From: Gemmatimonadaceae bacterium
Lineage (GTDB): Bacteria > Gemmatimonadota > Gemmatimonadetes > Gemmatimonadales > Gemmatimonadaceae
DNA: 37,422 nucleotides
Reading direction: 5' to 3'
Assembly: GCA_033763905.1 (NCBI GenBank)
Contig: JANRJP010000066.1
Coordinates: 1 to 37,422 of the forward strand
Positions 21,546-29,995 of this stretch are shown here, one piece after another. The position numbers were made by a program, and so were the translations under genes. Position 1 is the stretch's first letter; each line of letters begins with the position of its first letter. Below the pieces are notes generated by a model. It ran no database searches and had not been told where the DNA came from. It saw only the letters and a program-made list of their open reading frames with translations.

Positions 21546-21650
21546 ATGGCGGCAAAAGCGGAAATGGCGATCGATTGGGTCGGGGGTGCGGCGCTTGCGC
21601 GTCTCCGGCGACGTACTCACGGACACCGCGCAAAACACCGCAGACAGACA

Positions 21651-21679
21651 AAGTTACCCGATCGGGGAGGTCGCTTCAA
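21651..21679 (-). promoter_or_regulatory. Sigma-70-type promoter for atpAGDC
   Basis: On the minus strand TTGAAG (21679-21674), 17 nt, TAACTT (21656-21651). Confidence 0.6.
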
Positions 21680-21732
21680 CCGGTGCGGGTGGGATTTTGC
21701 TCCAACCGCCCGATCGGACCGGCGGTTCGACC

Positions 21733-22524
21733 CTAGCCGCGGGACCGCGAGTGGCCGCGCGCGAAGTGCTCCGCCAATTCCCCGGCCCGGAGCCGCGACA
21801 GCGAGGCCGGCGTCAGCCCGACCACTCGGCGCGTCGTCGTCGCCAAATGGCTCGCCGAGGCGAAGTCCAGCACCCGGGCGACGTCGCCCGTGTCGTAGAG
21901 CGGGTTCTTGGCCAGCGTTGCCGCCGCCAGGAGGCGGACGAGATCGATCACCCGCTTGAGATTCGGTGCCCCGTCCGCCGAGAACGCTCGGCTCAGGTGC
22001 TCGCGACTGACGCCCAGCTCGGCGGCCAGCGACGAGGTCGTCACAGGACGCCCTCCAGCGGCGACGATCAGCCGCCACGTCTTGTACTGCAGCGGCGTGG
22101 TCAGCCGGATCACGGCCGGCGGGTCGTCGAAGGCCTGCGCGAATCGGGTCGTAAAGGCGTCACGGGCGACCAGCGGCAGCAGCGCCGCATCATCGACCCC
22201 TTCGGCGAGCACATCCACCAATCCCATCCGTGCGGCGCGGTCCACGGCGGGCGCGTCGGCGGCCCGCCACCCGGCCAGCCCGAACCACGGGGCGCTGCCC
22301 AGCTCCGCCGCGAGGGCGGCGGCGTGCCACGGCGCTTCGCCGGGCCCGAGTTCCACGATGACCGCATCGACCACCGCCGCGCGCAGCGCGGTCCGGAATG
22401 CCGCCACGTCGGCGGTCAGGGTCACGTGCACCCGGCGACGCGGGAGGCGCTGCAGGAGGGTCCGCGCCCGCTCCCGCGCCGCGAACGCCACGACGCCGAG
22501 CGGCGGCCCGACGATCGCGCTCAC
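21733..22524 (-). CDS. AraC-type HTH regulator with a degenerate receiver-like N-terminal domain
   Basis: SLAAELGVSREHLSRAF, VRLLAAATLAKNP, VARVLDFASASHL. GTG start overlaps the NUDIX stop (GTGA). Confidence 0.8.
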   Translation of the reverse strand: MSAIVGPPLGVVAFAARERARTLLQRLPRRRVHVTLTADVAAFRTALRAAVVDAVIVELGPGEAPWHAAALAAELGSAPWFGLAGWRAADAPAVDRAARMGLVDVLAEGVDDAALLPLVARDAFTTRFAQAFDDPPAVIRLTTPLQYKTWRLIVAAGGRPVTTSSLAAELGVSREHLSRAFSADGAPNLKRVIDLVRLLAAATLAKNPLYDTGDVARVLDFASASHLATTTRRVVGLTPASLSRLRAGELAEHFARGHSRSRG

Positions 22525-22982
22525 GCCTGATCCGCGATCGCGCGGCGGGCCTGGTCCAGCACGGCACGCGAGTTCGCGTAACCGAGCAGCTGTCTCGCCT
22601 CGTCGAAGGACACCCAGCGGCAGTCGGTGATGCCTTCGTCGATCTGGGGGATCGCGTCTCCGCGGTCGGCACGCATCAGGAAGAAGTGGCAGATCTTGTG
22701 CACCACGGCGTCGCGCGCGCGGAAATGCCAATCGATGGTCTCGAGGGTGGCCTCGACGACGACCTCGCGGAGGCCGGTCTCCTCGGCGACTTCGCGCCGC
22801 GCGGCGGACTCGGCGCCTTCGTCTCCCTCGAGATGGCCCTTGGGGAATCCCCAATTGCGATACCCGTCGCGGATCAGCAGGACGACCGGGCCTTCGGCGC
22901 TGTGGCGATAGACGACGCCGCCCGCCGAGATTTCCTCGCGCGCGCCAGCCCGGCGCCGTGGAGCAGGCGAGGGCGCGGACAT
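22521..22982 (-). CDS. NUDIX hydrolase (Ap4A-hydrolase-like)
   Basis: SAGGVV, WGFPKGHLEGDEGAESAARREVAEETGL Nudix box. Confidence 0.92.
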   Translation of the reverse strand: MSAPSPAPRRRAGAREEISAGGVVYRHSAEGPVVLLIRDGYRNWGFPKGHLEGDEGAESAARREVAEETGLREVVVEATLETIDWHFRARDAVVHKICHFFLMRADRGDAIPQIDEGITDCRWVSFDEARQLLGYANSRAVLDQARRAIADQA

Positions 22983-23731
22983 CAGACGCCGGCGGGAGTC
23001 TCGATCGACGCCTTCCCTTCGATGAACTGCCGCACGAGCGGATCGGCGCTGCGACGGATTTCGTCGACGCTGCCGACCTGTCGCACCTTGCCTTCGTAGA
23101 GCATCGCGATGCGGGTGCCGACGTGATAGGCGCTCCGCATATCGTGCGTGATGACGATGCTCGTCACGCCCAAGCGATCGCGCATCCGCACCATCAAGTC
23201 GTCGATCACCGCGCTGGTGACGGGGTCGAGGCCGGTGGTGGGTTCATCGTAGAGCAGGTACTTCGGGCGCATCGCGATCGCGCGCGCAATGCCCACGCGC
23301 TTGCGCATTCCCCCGGAGAGTTCGGCAGGGTACTTGTCCTGCACGCCGGGCAGATCGACCAGCGCGAGCACCTCGTCGACGCGGTCGGCGATCTCGGGCT
23401 CGCTCATCGTGCCGAGCTTCTTGAGCCCCATCGCGACGTTCTCGCCGATCGAGAGCGAGTCGAAGAGCGCGGCGAATTGGAAGACATAGCCGATCTTCGA
23501 CCGGAGGGCGTAGAGGTCGCGGCGCGGGAGCGCGGGCACCTCCTGCCCATCCACGAAGACGGTACCGGCGTCGGGCTCGAGCAAGCCGACGATGTGCTTG
23601 ATGGCCACCGACTTTCCGGTGCCGGAGTAGCCGATGATGACCATCGTCTCTCCTTCCTGGACGTCGAGCGTGAAGCCCTGCAGCACCTTCTTGTCACCGA
23701 AGGACTTGTAGACGTCTTTCAGCTGGATCAT
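22982..23731 (-). CDS. ABC transporter ATP-binding protein, MlaF/Mkl family
   Basis: GYSGTGKS, VFQFAALFDSL, ELSGGMRKRVGIARA, YDEPTTGLDP, ITHD, DPLVRQFIEG. Confidence 0.9.
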   Translation of the reverse strand: MIQLKDVYKSFGDKKVLQGFTLDVQEGETMVIIGYSGTGKSVAIKHIVGLLEPDAGTVFVDGQEVPALPRRDLYALRSKIGYVFQFAALFDSLSIGENVAMGLKKLGTMSEPEIADRVDEVLALVDLPGVQDKYPAELSGGMRKRVGIARAIAMRPKYLLYDEPTTGLDPVTSAVIDDLMVRMRDRLGVTSIVITHDMRSAYHVGTRIAMLYEGKVRQVGSVDEIRRSADPLVRQFIEGKASIETPAGV

Positions 23732-23760
23732 ATGCGGAGTCTACCGACCGTCGGACGATC

Positions 23761-23798
23761 ACAAAAGAGTACGGGCCCCCGGCGTGCCGGGGGCCCGT
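23761..23798 (-). terminator. Intrinsic terminator (minus strand)
   Basis: acgggcccccggc/gccgggggcccgt stem followed on the minus strand by actcttttgt. Confidence 0.75.
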
Positions 23799-23822
23799 GC
23801 GCTTTGCCGCGTGCGTGCCAGC

Positions 23823-23912
23823 TCAGCGCAGCGGGCAACCCTGGCGGTTGAACTGCCGGAAGACGTTGCGCTGGTTGAGGATGGCGGTGCGGGTGCCGGT
23901 GGTCATCGCGGT
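23823..23912 (-). pseudogene. Orphan 3' remnant paralogous to the C-terminus of the 24057..24929 protein (within small ORF 23823..24038)
   Basis: QRNVFRQFNRQGCPLR* versus QKNVFAGFNEQGCPLN*, 11 of 16 residues identical. Confidence 0.6.
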
Positions 23913-24056
23913 CAGGTGGGCGTGCGACGCCCTCCTCACGATATGGTCGTTCGATTCGACCGGTCTACGTCGTCTCGCCATCGCGCGCGAACGCGACAGG
24001 GCGCCCGCTTGCGCGAGCGCCCTGTGGACTGCAACCAAGCGGAACGGCCTGCCGAC

Positions 24057-24929
24057 TTAGTTGAGCGGGCAGCCCTGCTCGTTGAACCCGGCGAACACGT
24101 TCTTCTGCTGCTCGACGGTGCGGGTGGCCACCGCGGTGTTGAACGCCGAGATCACCGCGGCAGTCGTGAGATCATAGGAGACGGGTCCCGAGGCGGCGTT
24201 GAGCAAGGCCGCGACCGCGTGACGACCGAGGGCATTCGTGCCGCCGCCGCCCGCCGAGACGACCTGGAGGAGCGTGCGATTGCCAAACACGGTGGAGCCG
24301 AACACCGAGGCGAACGTCGTCGACGGCGTGTAAGGGGCCGTCCACGAGTCGAAGTGCTGCGACTGCTTCCAGTAACCCGGCGTGCAGCCCTGCCCGCCTT
24401 CCGTCGGCGGCGGCGGCGGCGGGAGCACTTCATTCCGGTTGGAGATCTTGATCGCGGTACCGCGCGTCACGTCGACGTCGATCGTAAACGTCGGCGACGT
24501 GATCGGAATGAAGTCCCACTGCTGGATGTCCGTGCGGAATCCATAGTAGGACCCCGAGACGAACTTCGAGGCGCCCGACTGGTCCTCCGAGATCGTGATC
24601 CGAGTGTTCTCGGTGCCTTCCCAGAGATACTCGCAGTACTCCTCGTCGAGTTCGAGCGTCGGGAACAGCACCGTACCACTGGTCGCCGTCGTGGTGAAGG
24701 TGCCGCGGACACCGACAGTGGGGTTCAGGTTGGCGGCGCTGATGTCGCGGAACTTGCAAATCTTGACCTTGCCCGGCTCAGGATTCCGACCGGGCCCTTC
24801 GTAGTGAAGCCAAGCCAAATCGGCAGGTCCGGGGAGGACCTGATCGGGGTTCATTGGAGCCGAACCGTCCGCGCAGGCCGCGGCCAGGACCAAGGCGGCA
24901 GTGGCCGCGATCGACAGGGAAGACTTCAT
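24057..24929 (-). CDS. Hypothetical secreted lipoprotein with polyproline linker and C-terminal GCTPGYWK...GCPL domain
   Basis: GGAG RBS before ATG 24929, lipobox LAAAC, PPPPPP linker, GCTPGYWKQ, ALGRHAVAALLNA, FNEQGCPLN. Confidence 0.8.
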   Translation of the reverse strand: MKSSLSIAATAALVLAAACADGSAPMNPDQVLPGPADLAWLHYEGPGRNPEPGKVKICKFRDISAANLNPTVGVRGTFTTTATSGTVLFPTLELDEEYCEYLWEGTENTRITISEDQSGASKFVSGSYYGFRTDIQQWDFIPITSPTFTIDVDVTRGTAIKISNRNEVLPPPPPPTEGGQGCTPGYWKQSQHFDSWTAPYTPSTTFASVFGSTVFGNRTLLQVVSAGGGGTNALGRHAVAALLNAASGPVSYDLTTAAVISAFNTAVATRTVEQQKNVFAGFNEQGCPLN

Positions 24930-25144
24930 CACGACAAATACTCCGGCGAAAAGAGGGTAGGACGCATGTTCCAACCTCCACGCTTCGCCACTTCCGTGCC
25001 TCGATTGCCGGCGGCTTCGCGGTCCGTCGACAGCGGCGGAAGTCATTGTGTGACAACAGCTTCCTGTGGAGTGATACCCCATCGACTGGAATTCACCCTC
25101 CGTACATTTGCGCCGAGACAACAGTTAGGTGTAGCGCGAACGCA

Positions 25145-25174
25145 ACAAGGCCCTCGCTCTGGCGAGGGCCTTGT
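25145..25174 (-). terminator. Terminator hairpin after the sigma factor gene
   Basis: acaaggccctcgc-tctg-gcgagggccttgt, a 13-bp stem. Confidence 0.7.
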
Positions 25175-25212
25175 ATCACCGATTCGCTGGCTAAGTCCTT
25201 CGCCGTCGGCGA

Positions 25213-26100
25213 TCAGGCGGCGAACGAACCGAGGGCGCGGCCGACGTCGCCTTCGCGGAGGCGCTTGAGCGCCCGATCACGGAGCTGACGCACGCGCTCG
25301 CGGGTCACGCCGAGCATCGAGCCGATTTCTTCGAGCGTATGCTCCCGCCCGCCCTCGAGCCCGAAGTAGAGGCGCAGCACCTTGGCGTCGCGCGGCGGCA
25401 GCGTGTTGAGCGCGGCTTCGATCTCGTCGGTGAGGAAGCGGTTCATCGCCTCTTCCTCGGTGTCGGGCATTTCGTCGGCGACGAAGCGCTCGATCAGCGA
25501 CCGATCGCCTTCCGGATCCATCGGGGCGTCGAGGCGGACGTCGCCGGTGTTGAGCGCGGCGAGCGACTGCACGACGTCGACCGAGAGGCCAGTGACCTGC
25601 GCGAGCTCTTCGGGCATCGGCTCGCGGCGGAGCTTCTGCCGGAGGATTTCCGACGCCTTGATGATGCGCGACAGATCGGCGGTGCGGTTGAGCGGCACGC
25701 GCACGGTGCGGCCCTGACGCGCGAGCGACGACAGGATGGCCTGACGAATCCACCACACGGCGTACGAGATGAACTTCACGCCCTGATCGGGATCGAACTT
25801 CCGCGCGGCGGTGAGGAGACCGACGTTGCCTTCGCCGATCAAGTCGATGAGCGGCAGCCCGCGATTCTGGTACTTCTTGGCGACCGAGATGACGAAGCGC
25901 AGGTTGCGCTTGACGAGCTCCTGGAGCGCGTCTTCGTCGCCCTTGCGGATCTTGCGCGCGAGTTCGATTTCCTCGTGCGCCTTGAGCAGGGGGTAGGTGG
26001 ACACCTCGTAGAGGTACTGGTCGAGGATGTCGCGTTCCGGCTCGTTCGGGGCAATCTCCGCCGGGGCGGAGCGCTTCCGGCGGCGCTTGGTTTCGGTCAT
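25213..26100 (-). CDS. RNA polymerase sigma-70 factor, RpoD/SigA/RpoS family (regions 1.2-4, no region 1.1)
   Basis: YLYEVSTYPLL, NLRFVISVAKKY, DLIGEGNVGL, KFISYAVWWIRQ, TLEEIGSMLGVTRERVRQL. Confidence 0.95.
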   Translation of the reverse strand: MTETKRRRKRSAPAEIAPNEPERDILDQYLYEVSTYPLLKAHEEIELARKIRKGDEDALQELVKRNLRFVISVAKKYQNRGLPLIDLIGEGNVGLLTAARKFDPDQGVKFISYAVWWIRQAILSSLARQGRTVRVPLNRTADLSRIIKASEILRQKLRREPMPEELAQVTGLSVDVVQSLAALNTGDVRLDAPMDPEGDRSLIERFVADEMPDTEEEAMNRFLTDEIEAALNTLPPRDAKVLRLYFGLEGGREHTLEEIGSMLGVTRERVRQLRDRALKRLREGDVGRALGSFAA

Positions 26101-26265
26101 CTATGCCTCAGAAGGATCAGCTTAGGTCGGGACGAGCGGTGGGACGCGCCCCGGAGTATCGGCATCGGACGCGGGCGATTGGCGGCGCGAACCGAAGGCT
26201 TTTGAAAAACGCGGTGAAGCCCTACAAGATAGGCCCCAGACGCCACTCCGGAAGAGGCCCTCCGA

Positions 26266-26294
26266 TTGACATACGCCGAACGGACTTCTAGGTT
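26266..26294 (+). promoter_or_regulatory. Sigma-70 promoter of the tRNA Ala-Gly-Val operon
   Basis: TTGACA (26266-26271), 17 nt, TAGGTT (26289-26294). Confidence 0.75.
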
Positions 26295-26334
26295 CCCGCC
26301 TTCTCACCCCGGTCGTTGACCGGGGCGGGGACCC

Positions 26335-26407
<73 letters not shown>

Positions 26408-26471
26408 TCGGGATCGCCGGACGACTCAGTGGCGGCGGAACCCGGCGTCGGGCAACCGACGGTGGGACATT

Positions 26472-26544
26472 GCGGGAGTAGCTCAGTTGGTAGAGCACAA
26501 CCTTGCCAAGGTTGGGGTCGCGGGTTCAAGTCCCGTCTCCCGCT
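26472..26544 (+). tRNA. tRNA-Gly(GCC)
   Basis: GCGGGAG/CTCCCGC acceptor, CAACC-TT GCC AA-GGTTG, U discriminator. No encoded CCA. Confidence 0.96.
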
Positions 26545-26572
26545 CTCGGTGCTTCGGCACCGAACGATGGCC

Positions 26573-26646
26573 GGGCGGTTAGCTCAGTTGGTTAGAGCGC
26601 CACGTTGACATCGTGGAGGTCACAAGTTCGAGTCTTGTACCGCCCA
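26573..26646 (+). tRNA. tRNA-Val(GAC)
   Basis: GGGCGGT/ACCGCCC acceptor, CCACG-TT GAC AT-CGTGG, TTCGAGT. No encoded CCA. Confidence 0.96.
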
Positions 26647-26650
26647 TTTT

Positions 26651-26690
26651 CGCGCCCCGCGGGTAACAACCCGCGGGGCGCGTCGTTTTT
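26651..26690 (+). terminator. Intrinsic terminator of the tRNA operon
   Basis: cgcgccccgcgggt-aaca-acccgcggggcgcg followed by tcgttttt. Confidence 0.8.
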
Positions 26691-26793
26691 GGACGGCTCG
26701 CCTCGTTTCGCGGTCCCGCCCGACCGGGTAGTTTGTCCGCGATCGCGGGGGTCGTGCCCCGTGCCTCATTGCCTTGGCTTGGAGTGCCTGTTG

Positions 26794-28440
26794 ATGCCTG
26801 TTCCGTCGAAGCTTCGTCTGTCGTCGGCCGCCCGCGCTGCGTGGGTCGCCGCTCTGCTCGTGGGACTGCCGGCTGCCGCCGGCGCCCAGTCCGCCCCGGA
26901 CGTCAGCGCCCAGTGCGACGTCGATGAATCCAAGCCCACCGCGATCACCTTCGCGCAGCTGTCGATCTCGAAGGCCGCCAGCGCGCCCAACGCGACGGAG
27001 CGCCAGAAGGCGATCCGCGAAGGCACCAAGCGCCTCGGCGAAATGCGCACCGCCGAGAATCCTGCCGGCAAGGCCTTCGCCTACGGCAAGTTCGCGGTGC
27101 TGTGGCTGCAAGACGCCGCCACGCCCGACAAGGCGACCTTCGGCGACTTCAACATCCCCGGCGACAAGGCCGCCGTGCTCGACGTGACCGCCTTCGCCGA
27201 CTCGAACCTCAAGGTCGTCGAGACGCTCAATCCGAAGTGCGAGCCGCTGGTCGCGCAGTGGCGCACACAGCAAGCGTGGTTCCGCTACATCCAGGCGGCC
27301 TTCGCGGCGATCGGCCAAGACGACATCGCCAAGGCCGAAGACCAGGCGCGCCGCTCGCTGCTCCTCAACACCAAGAGCGCCTACGCGCCGTACATCCTCT
27401 CGAACGGGGCGGCCCGCCGCTACCAGTCGGCCAACGGCGCGGCGCGCTTGGCCGTCGCCGACACGGCGTTCTTCTGGATGGACGAGACGGTCAAGCAGGC
27501 CGGCAGCGACACGGTGTACGGCGACATCAAGAAGCGCACGTTGCTCGACGCGAGCCGACTCCGCGTCGACATCTTCGAGACCGCCGTCGCGACCGACCTC
27601 AAGACGGCGTGCGCGAAGTACGCCCCGCCGGCGGCGGCCTCGTTGGTGGCCTTCACGGCGGAAACGCCCAACTCGCCGGACGCGCCGGGCGCGCGGTCGT
27701 CGTTGTCGAACCTGCACCTGAGCTGCGGCGACACGGCCAAGGCCGAAGCAGTGTATGACGCCGTGGTGAAGGCGCCCACCAGCTACGGCGACATCGAAAC
27801 CACCTCGGCGGGCGTGCTGATGTCGCGCATCAATCGCGCGCAGAAGGCGATGACGCTCTTCGAAGGGGCGCTGGCGGTCAATCCGGCGCAGCGCGACGCG
27901 CTCAACAACCTCGCGGCCACGTACTACACGGCGAACAAGTACACCGAAATGATGCCGGTGGTCACGAAGCTCGTGCAGATCGACCCGAACAATCCGGACA
28001 ACTGGCTCTGGTACGCCTACGCGTATCAGGGGCTGATGAAGCCGCTCAAGCCGGCAGATCCGAAGCGCAAGCTGTACTCCGACTCGCTGTCGTACTACAA
28101 CAACCTGAGCGAGACGATGCCACTCAAGGTGTCGTTCAGCGCGTTCTCGCGCGGGGACACCGAAACGAAGCTGGCGGGCACGGTGGAGTTCCGGCAGTTG
28201 ACGCCGCCGGCTCCGGCGCGTCGCACGCCGGCCCGCGCAGGCGCAAAGCCCGCCGCGGCAGCGGCGGCGCCAGCGACCAAGGACATCACGATGACGGTGG
28301 AGTTCCTCGACAAGGCGGGTGCGGTCGTCGAGCAGGTGGTCGTGCCGGTCGGCGCCATCAAGGCCGGCGAAACCAAGGAGTTCCAGGCCGCGACGAAGAA
28401 ACCCGGCGCGGTGGCCTTCCGGTACGCGAAGCTGAGCTGA
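26794..28440 (+). CDS. Exported tetratricopeptide-repeat protein with a C-terminal FxLYD-like beta domain
   Basis: GGAG RBS, signal peptide (AGA-Q), TPR-like ALAVNPAQRDALNNLAATYY and LVQIDPNNPDNWLWYAYAY, C-terminal TVEFLDKAGAVV...IKAGETKEF. Confidence 0.8.
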   Translation: MPVPSKLRLSSAARAAWVAALLVGLPAAAGAQSAPDVSAQCDVDESKPTAITFAQLSISKAASAPNATERQKAIREGTKRLGEMRTAENPAGKAFAYGKFAVLWLQDAATPDKATFGDFNIPGDKAAVLDVTAFADSNLKVVETLNPKCEPLVAQWRTQQAWFRYIQAAFAAIGQDDIAKAEDQARRSLLLNTKSAYAPYILSNGAARRYQSANGAARLAVADTAFFWMDETVKQAGSDTVYGDIKKRTLLDASRLRVDIFETAVATDLKTACAKYAPPAAASLVAFTAETPNSPDAPGARSSLSNLHLSCGDTAKAEAVYDAVVKAPTSYGDIETTSAGVLMSRINRAQKAMTLFEGALAVNPAQRDALNNLAATYYTANKYTEMMPVVTKLVQIDPNNPDNWLWYAYAYQGLMKPLKPADPKRKLYSDSLSYYNNLSETMPLKVSFSAFSRGDTETKLAGTVEFRQLTPPAPARRTPARAGAKPAAAAAAPATKDITMTVEFLDKAGAVVEQVVVPVGAIKAGETKEFQAATKKPGAVAFRYAKLS

Positions 28441-28475
28441 GTGTCCACGACGTCGCCGAGTGCCTGGTACTTGCC

Positions 28476-28504
28476 TTGAACTCGGCGACGTCGTTGGATA
28501 TAAT
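28476..28504 (+). promoter_or_regulatory. Sigma-70 promoter of the tRNA Arg-Pro-Arg operon
   Basis: TTGAAC (28476-28481), 17 nt, TATAAT (28499-28504). Confidence 0.8.
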
Positions 28505-28548
28505 TCGGGTCTGCCCGGGTGAACCTACGCGGGCAGGCCGTTGGATTG

Positions 28549-28622
28549 GGGTTCGTAGCTCAATTGGATAGAGCATCTGACTACGGATCAGAAGGTTGGG
28601 GGTTCGAGTCCCTCCGAGCCCA
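28549..28622 (+). tRNA. tRNA-Arg(ACG)
   Basis: GGGTTCG/CGAGCCC acceptor, TCTGA-CT ACG GA-TCAGA, TTCGAGT. No encoded CCA. Confidence 0.96.
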
Positions 28623-28647
28623 TTCCATACGCACAACCGCTGTCACG

Positions 28648-28724
28648 CGGGGTGTAGCTTAGCCCGGTAGAGCGCCTGCTTCGGGAGCAGGAGGTCGCTG
28701 GTTCGAATCCAGTCACCCCGACCA
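28648..28724 (+). tRNA. tRNA-Pro(CGG)
   Basis: CGGGGTG/CACCCCG acceptor, CCTGC-TT CGG GA-GCAGG. CCA is encoded. Confidence 0.96.
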
Positions 28725-28786
28725 GTGTGATCACCCCCGGTACTCGGCTTGAGTGCCGGGGGTGGTTAGCTTCACGAAGCGTTGTT

Positions 28787-28860
28787 GTCCGCGTAGCTCA
28801 GCTGGATAGAGCGTCGGCCTCCGGAGCCGAAGGTCACAGGTTCGAATCCTGTCGCGGACG
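28787..28860 (+). tRNA. tRNA-Arg(CCG)
   Basis: GTCCGCG/CGCGGAC acceptor, TCGGC-CT CCG GA-GCCGA, TTCGAAT. No encoded CCA. Confidence 0.96.
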
Positions 28861-29952
28861 TTGCACCTGGCGGAACACCTCGAGCGTGAGAGAGGCCGTC
28901 CGTCGCCACGAAAACGTTGCTGCCCGCGCCCGGCCCATCTCGATGCGCCGGGCGCGCGTGCGCTCGGCCTCGGCATCGGGAGCCACCAGCACCTGCATCG
29001 TCGCGGCCAGCCCGTCCACATCGTGCGGCGCGACGATCCACGCCGCGTCACCGGCCACCTCGGGCATTGACGCCGCGCCCGTGGTCACGACCGGGAGCCC
29101 GGCGGCCATTGCTTCGAGCACCGGCAGTCCGAAGCCTTCGTAGGTGGACGGAAACACCAGCGCGGACGCGTGCGCGTACAGCGTCGCCAAGGTGGCGTCG
29201 GCGACGAAGCCGGGCGTAATCAACCACGCGGCGCCATCCGGCTGTGCGGCACGGAACGCCGCGACGCGCTTTGCGAGGGCTCGCCCCGGTCCAAGCAACA
29301 CGACGCGAATCGGCGTGCCCCGACGGGCCAACGCCGCGCCGGCGTTCAGCAACAGGCTCACGTTCTTCCGCGCGTCGGCGGCGCCGACCCCAAGCACATA
29401 CGGCGTGCCGCCAACGAAGTCCGGCACCGTGGGCGCCGGAGGGACCGCGAAGTGATCGGCCGCCAACGGCGTGGCTCGCAGCGGCTGACGCGGCGTGCCG
29501 AAGACCCGTCGCACTTCGGCGGCGGTGAACTCCGAGTTTGCCAGCAGCGCATCGGCCGTCGCGAGCACGCGGCGGTAGGCGCGCGCGGCGCGTGGCGCGA
29601 TGTACAGCCGGCGCCACAGCGTGGGCGCAAAGAGCATCGGGACGAGATCGTGAATCGTCACCACCACCGCCGCCTGGGGTGGCGCCCAGCGGATGACATT
29701 CCACGGGTACCACACGACGTCGGCCGGGCGGGTCGCGAGCGAGGCGAGCGTCGCGACGCGCACGCGGTCCGCGTGCGACGTCCAGGTCGGGATCTCGCGC
29801 GCTACCGTCGCGAGGTCCGCCGCATTCCGCACGAACAGCGTCGCCACCAGCGCCGGCTCCAGCGTGAGCAACTCTGCGAGCACCCGCCGCACGTATCGGC
29901 CGATGCCCCGATGATCCCCCGCGAGTTGCGCGGCTTCGATGGACAGCTGCAT
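28834..29952 (-). CDS. Glycosyltransferase family 4 (GT-B, mannosyltransferase-like)
   Basis: GIGRYV, VVTIHDL, ANSEFTA, RKNV, FPSTYEGFGLPVLEAMAAGLPVV, FSWRRTA. Confidence 0.92.
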   Translation of the reverse strand: MQLSIEAAQLAGDHRGIGRYVRRVLAELLTLEPALVATLFVRNAADLATVAREIPTWTSHADRVRVATLASLATRPADVVWYPWNVIRWAPPQAAVVVTIHDLVPMLFAPTLWRRLYIAPRAARAYRRVLATADALLANSEFTAAEVRRVFGTPRQPLRATPLAADHFAVPPAPTVPDFVGGTPYVLGVGAADARKNVSLLLNAGAALARRGTPIRVVLLGPGRALAKRVAAFRAAQPDGAAWLITPGFVADATLATLYAHASALVFPSTYEGFGLPVLEAMAAGLPVVTTGAASMPEVAGDAAWIVAPHDVDGLAATMQVLVAPDAEAERTRARRIEMGRARAATFSWRRTASLTLEVFRQVQRPRQDSNL

Positions 29953-29995
29953 AGCAGTGAATCATACCGCCGCGCGCCGATGCTAGCTTTCGGCG

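Noticed and set aside
23823..24137. Possible diversity-generating retroelement TR/VR pair
   Set aside because: Differences are not adenine-specific, include an indel and synonymous changes, and no reverse transcriptase is present in the window
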